A stretch of 17,646 nucleotides of DNA from NCBI GenBank assembly GCA_031411295.1, contig JANOAV010000194.1, positions 1 to 17,646 on the forward strand. The letters are read 5' to 3'. Numbering within the stretch: the first letter of the stretch is position 1; the number at the start of each line of letters is the position of its first letter. This DNA is from Verrucomicrobiales bacterium. GTDB lineage: Bacteria > Verrucomicrobiota > Verrucomicrobiia > Verrucomicrobiales > V1-33. The position numbers and the translations under genes were made by a program. Below, piece after piece: positions 14,676-17,646 of the stretch. The notes under the pieces are model-generated. The model saw nothing but the letters and a program-made list of their open reading frames with translations, was not told the origin of the DNA and did no database searches.

Positions 14676-14983
14676 TTTGATTTGGCAGCGGCCTTGTTTT
14701 TTAGTCTGGCTTGTAATCTGGCCACGGCTTGGTCACCCCAATCCGGTTCAAGCGGGGTAAATGGTCCCTCCATTCCCTCCAAGATCAAGGACTCGAATCT
14801 CTTGCGGGCCGCGTCGCGTTCCGCTTTGTCCGCCTTGAGTTCAAAGGGGATGGAGCGAGTGGCGATGACCTTGTGGTAAAACATGCGGACGGCAGTCGTT
14901 GCATCGACGCCTATTTCCTGAAAAACATTCTCAGCCTCTTGTTTGAGACTTTGATCCATGCGAACTTGAAGTGTGGTAACCAT
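14672..14983 (-). CDS. Type II TA antitoxin, RelB/DinJ-type N-terminus with a ParD-like C-terminus
   Basis: From ATG 14983: TTLQVRMDQSLKQEAENVFQEIGVDATTAVRMFYHKVIATRSIPFEL (RelB/DinJ ribbon-helix-helix), then FESLILEGMEGPFTPLEPDW. Directly upstream of the toxin. Confidence 0.88.
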   Translation of the reverse strand: MVTTLQVRMDQSLKQEAENVFQEIGVDATTAVRMFYHKVIATRSIPFELKADKAERDAARKRFESLILEGMEGPFTPLEPDWGDQAVARLQARLKNKAAAKSK

Positions 14984-15072
14984 GGCTGCAATTTTACTAC
15001 ATTTGCATTGAGATGGCAATAGGCATTTGTGGCGCAGAATTCCTGCACTATCCTGACTGAACCGGGAAAGAG

Positions 15073-17445
15073 TTACTTCACCTGCACAGTCCCCTCCTCA
15101 ATCTCCTGCCGCTCGCCTTCGATGACCACTCTGGGCTCCTTACCCTCCGTGCGGATTCGCCCCGGGCTCATAACCTTGACGCTGGGCGAGCTGTCGTTGC
15201 CGGGAGTTCCGGTGATTTTGATGGACCCTGCGGTGGCATCGATTTTACCTCCGTCAACAATCACGACTCCCACCTGAGCATTGCCTGTGCCCGCCCCACC
15301 ACGGCCTTCCACGGTAATATTGTCAGCCCCATTGGCCTTCACCCTGGCATCATATTGCACTAGCACGCCACAGTTGGCCGCCGCACTAGAGTTGCTGGTG
15401 CCGCCGCCCTGACCGACAATACGGATGTCCCCGCTGCCGGAGCGGATGGCTGCGGTGGGTCCCCGCAGCAGCACACCATGATTCGATTTCCCCTTCGTTT
15501 CACCGCCTTTCCCATCCAGGGTCACTTTCCCATTTCCTTGTATGATGCCTCCCACGATGGCGATGCCGTTGTTGCTGTTGGTGTCTGGAGGACCATTGCC
15601 CCGGCCCTCTAGCACGATATCAGCCCCTTTGCTGGTGATCATGCAGTGTTCATCCTCCATATTAATGCCTGTATTATCGTTTTGTCCGATGCTGGTTCCG
15701 CCCTGACCGCGCAGGGTGACCGCACCCCCGGTCCCGCCCTGAATGAACACTCCGGCCGTCAGGTGGATGCCGAACTGAAAGATCCCTTTGGTGCCACCAC
15801 GGCCGCTGATGTTGATGGGCCCTTTGCCCTCACTCATGATGCCTGCCATGTTCATCTCGATGCCCTTGAATCCCCAATTGGTGGTGGGGATGGCTTGCTG
15901 ATTGGACTCCAGCGTGATTCCTCCATCTACTGTCCTCAGCATCGCTTTCCCGACCCAAATGCGGCCGCTACAGCGCATGACGATGGTCCCCGTGCCGGTG
16001 GTTTGCACGATGGTATCCGCATTGATTTGAATGCTATCTATGCCGGGCTCGGGAGCATCATCCTGCAAGTCCACGTCCAGCCCTGCATTTGGCTGGAAAG
16101 AGATAGGTTTCCAAAAAAGGATCAAATCGTTTCCCTCACCGCCGTTGATCTGAAGATTCGGCAATGGCGCCTCAAACTCGGTCACTTGGATGGTGTTATT
16201 TCCCGCACCGCCGTCCACCACGATGTGGGTCACGCCTTCCAGAGAAATTCCGTCGGTGGTGCTGAGAATGAGGGAACCATCCGGCATTTGAAAATAGCGT
16301 CCCTCTTCCCGAAAACCGATGAAGCCGGGTGCCCGCTGACTCACCCAAAGCATTTGATCCTGCCCCTTCATATCCCGTATCACCAAGCGTGAGCCCTCTC
16401 GGGAAATAATGTTGTCAGGAACCGGGAGCGCAGCTTGCGCAGCACGGGAATGGGTGAAGGACCAAAATTTCCCGATGCCAAGCGCCAAGCCCGCCGTGGC
16501 CACGGTGCCCCAAGCCAAGGATCGACGGTGGCGCTTAGACCAACGCACGGTTTTCTCCAGCAGGGAAACGGGGCGGGAATGGATTGGCTTTTCCTGCAGC
16601 CACCGCTCCAATTCCTCCGCGAGCAGGTTGGCACTTTGCAGCCGCTCGGCTGGTTCCTTCTGCAAACAGCGCTCGATGAGCACGGACAGATCCATTTCCC
16701 GACTCGTCTTGGGCTGTAGTTTGGGAGGGGAGGCGGAAACGACCTCGTGCATGATCGCCACATTCGACTCGCCATCGTAAGGCAGATGCCCGCTCAGCAT
16801 TTGGTAAAACATCGCCCCCAGTCCCCAGACATCGCTGGCCGCCGTCACGCCTCGGACCAGACCTGCGGCCTGCTCTGGCGACATGTAGTGCGGCGTGCCA
16901 ATCTGCGCTCCAGTCACGGTCAACGCCACTTGAGAGCCGGATAGCTGCGCCATTCCAAAATCGGTTAGCCATGGTTCACCCGCCTCGTCCAGCAGGATAT
17001 TGGAGGGTTTTAGGTCCCGGTGCAGGACGCCCTTCTCATGGGCGTAGCCGACGGCAGCAGCCACCTTGGCCATGATGGTTGCCGCGGCCTCCGCAGTCAG
17101 GTCACCAGCTTGCAAACGCTGCGCCAGAGTCCCACCCCGGATGATTTTCATGGAAAGAAACGGGCAACCCTCCACTTCACCAATCTCATACACTGGCACA
17201 ATATGCGGATGGTCTAACCGGGCCGCCGCCTGCGCCTCCCGCTGGAAGCGGCTCATTTCATCTGCCGTGGAAAAATGGAAACCGCGGAGCATTTTCAACG
17301 CCACCATGCGGTTCAGAGCCCCATCTTCCGCTTCATACACGGCCCCCATGCCGCCGATCCCCAGCCTATGCAGCAGTCGAAAACGCCCGACTTGCATGGG
17401 AAGAACCGGATCCGATAAAGCGGCAAATCCACCCGGTTTCGCCAA
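15073..17445 (-). CDS. Membrane-anchored Hanks-type Ser/Thr protein kinase with a Gly-rich repeat extracytoplasmic domain; native 5' end probably interrupted by an IS
   Basis: GIGGMGAVY, VALK, HRDLKPSN, DFG, GTPHYMSPEQ and DVWGLG motifs. Hydrophobic segment SLAWGTVATAGLALGIG at about 16475-16525. C-terminal I.I.G.GG...N.G(I/V) repeats. The frame stays open upstream to 17514 without a canonical start codon. Confidence 0.92.
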   Translation of the reverse strand: MAKPGGFAALSDPVLPMQVGRFRLLHRLGIGGMGAVYEAEDGALNRMVALKMLRGFHFSTADEMSRFQREAQAAARLDHPHIVPVYEIGEVEGCPFLSMKIIRGGTLAQRLQAGDLTAEAAATIMAKVAAAVGYAHEKGVLHRDLKPSNILLDEAGEPWLTDFGMAQLSGSQVALTVTGAQIGTPHYMSPEQAAGLVRGVTAASDVWGLGAMFYQMLSGHLPYDGESNVAIMHEVVSASPPKLQPKTSREMDLSVLIERCLQKEPAERLQSANLLAEELERWLQEKPIHSRPVSLLEKTVRWSKRHRRSLAWGTVATAGLALGIGKFWSFTHSRAAQAALPVPDNIISREGSRLVIRDMKGQDQMLWVSQRAPGFIGFREEGRYFQMPDGSLILSTTDGISLEGVTHIVVDGGAGNNTIQVTEFEAPLPNLQINGGEGNDLILFWKPISFQPNAGLDVDLQDDAPEPGIDSIQINADTIVQTTGTGTIVMRCSGRIWVGKAMLRTVDGGITLESNQQAIPTTNWGFKGIEMNMAGIMSEGKGPINISGRGGTKGIFQFGIHLTAGVFIQGGTGGAVTLRGQGGTSIGQNDNTGINMEDEHCMITSKGADIVLEGRGNGPPDTNSNNGIAIVGGIIQGNGKVTLDGKGGETKGKSNHGVLLRGPTAAIRSGSGDIRIVGQGGGTSNSSAAANCGVLVQYDARVKANGADNITVEGRGGAGTGNAQVGVVIVDGGKIDATAGSIKITGTPGNDSSPSVKVMSPGRIRTEGKEPRVVIEGERQEIEEGTVQVK

Positions 17446-17510
17446 CGAATTTGAAGAATCCGATAGATCCGCCTCGGCTTCCGGAGACTCTGTGGCTGCG
17501 GCCAGAGCTA

Positions 17511-17646
17511 GTGCTTACTTGCAATAGTTAACAAATGTGAAATAAGTGGGGATGAGCCGCTCCATCAAACCGCTGAATTTAACGAACGACGAAAAGGTCA
17601 CCATTGAAGCCCTAATCCGCAGTCCGCAAAGCACGCAGGGACAGGT
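17511..17646 (+). mobile_element. Left end of a probable IS630-family insertion sequence (continues beyond the window)
   Basis: CTAG at 17508-17511, an abrupt switch to AT-rich sequence, then a transposase-like ORF. IS630 elements target TA, often within CTAG. Only one end is visible. Confidence 0.6.
17552..17646 (+). CDS. IS630-like transposase, N-terminal fragment cut by the window edge
   Basis: ATG 17552 gives MSRSIKPLNLTNDEKVTIEALIRSPQSTQGQ..., resembling the L(T/S).EER..L..L.RS....Q..V..A opening of IS630 transposases. Confidence 0.6.
   Translation, partial: MSRSIKPLNLTNDEKVTIEALIRSPQSTQGQ

Noticed and set aside
11129..15019. Integron-like cassette array (small co-oriented genes plus a TA pair)
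   Set aside because: No attC-like RYYYAAC...GTTRRRY palindromes were found between the genes, and there is no integron integrase.
14984..15019. Longer antitoxin start (MPSQCKCSKIAA) from the ORF track
   Set aside because: RelB/DinJ similarity begins at ATG 14983, and the extra region is AT-rich and more likely promoter/operator.
13243..15041. 12-bp match TGGCGCAGAATT at 13243-13254 and 15030-15041, each just downstream of a stop codon
   Set aside because: It is too short to separate from chance without a genome-wide count, and no flanking similarity was seen.
15073..15130. Kinase C-terminus VVIEGERQEIEEGTVQVK resembles the HisRS/ThrRS anticodon-domain end
   Set aside because: The match is too short, and the segment continues the beta-repeat pattern of the ectodomain. 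No other synthetase sequence is present.
15646..17527. Overlapping ORFs within the kinase gene (e.g. 15646-16392, 17066-17527)
   Set aside because: They are antisense shadows of a gene with complete kinase motifs.

Overview
GC-rich bacterial window, probably Verrucomicrobiota/PVC (inferred from a PEP-CTERM protein, the style of the Ser/Thr kinase and the palindromic repeats). Almost all genes are on the minus strand. In transcription order (right to left): the start of an IS630-like transposase at the right edge, apparently inserted into the 5' end of a membrane-anchored Hanks-type Ser/Thr kinase with a Gly-rich repeat ectodomain; a type II toxin-antitoxin pair (RelB/DinJ-ParD hybrid antitoxin, ParE/RelE toxin with an apparent internal deletion); a REPIN-like inverted repeat; four small exported proteins of unknown function; a decayed REP-associated (Y1) transposase fragment; a giant (~3,200 aa) modular secreted metzincin protease/adhesin whose signal segment is separated by a one-base frameshift; and a PEP-CTERM protein whose tail reads through a REP cluster. 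The most notable unexplained structure is a pair of interleaved direct repeats. A 102-bp promoter-like block (89/102 identical) sits 64-66 nt upstream of both the giant gene and the four-gene cassette, and a ~45-bp copy of the kinase 3' end recurs 4.2 kb away. This suggests a duplicated regulatory unit that captured an accessory cassette. All family assignments come from motif recognition by eye; no searches were run.
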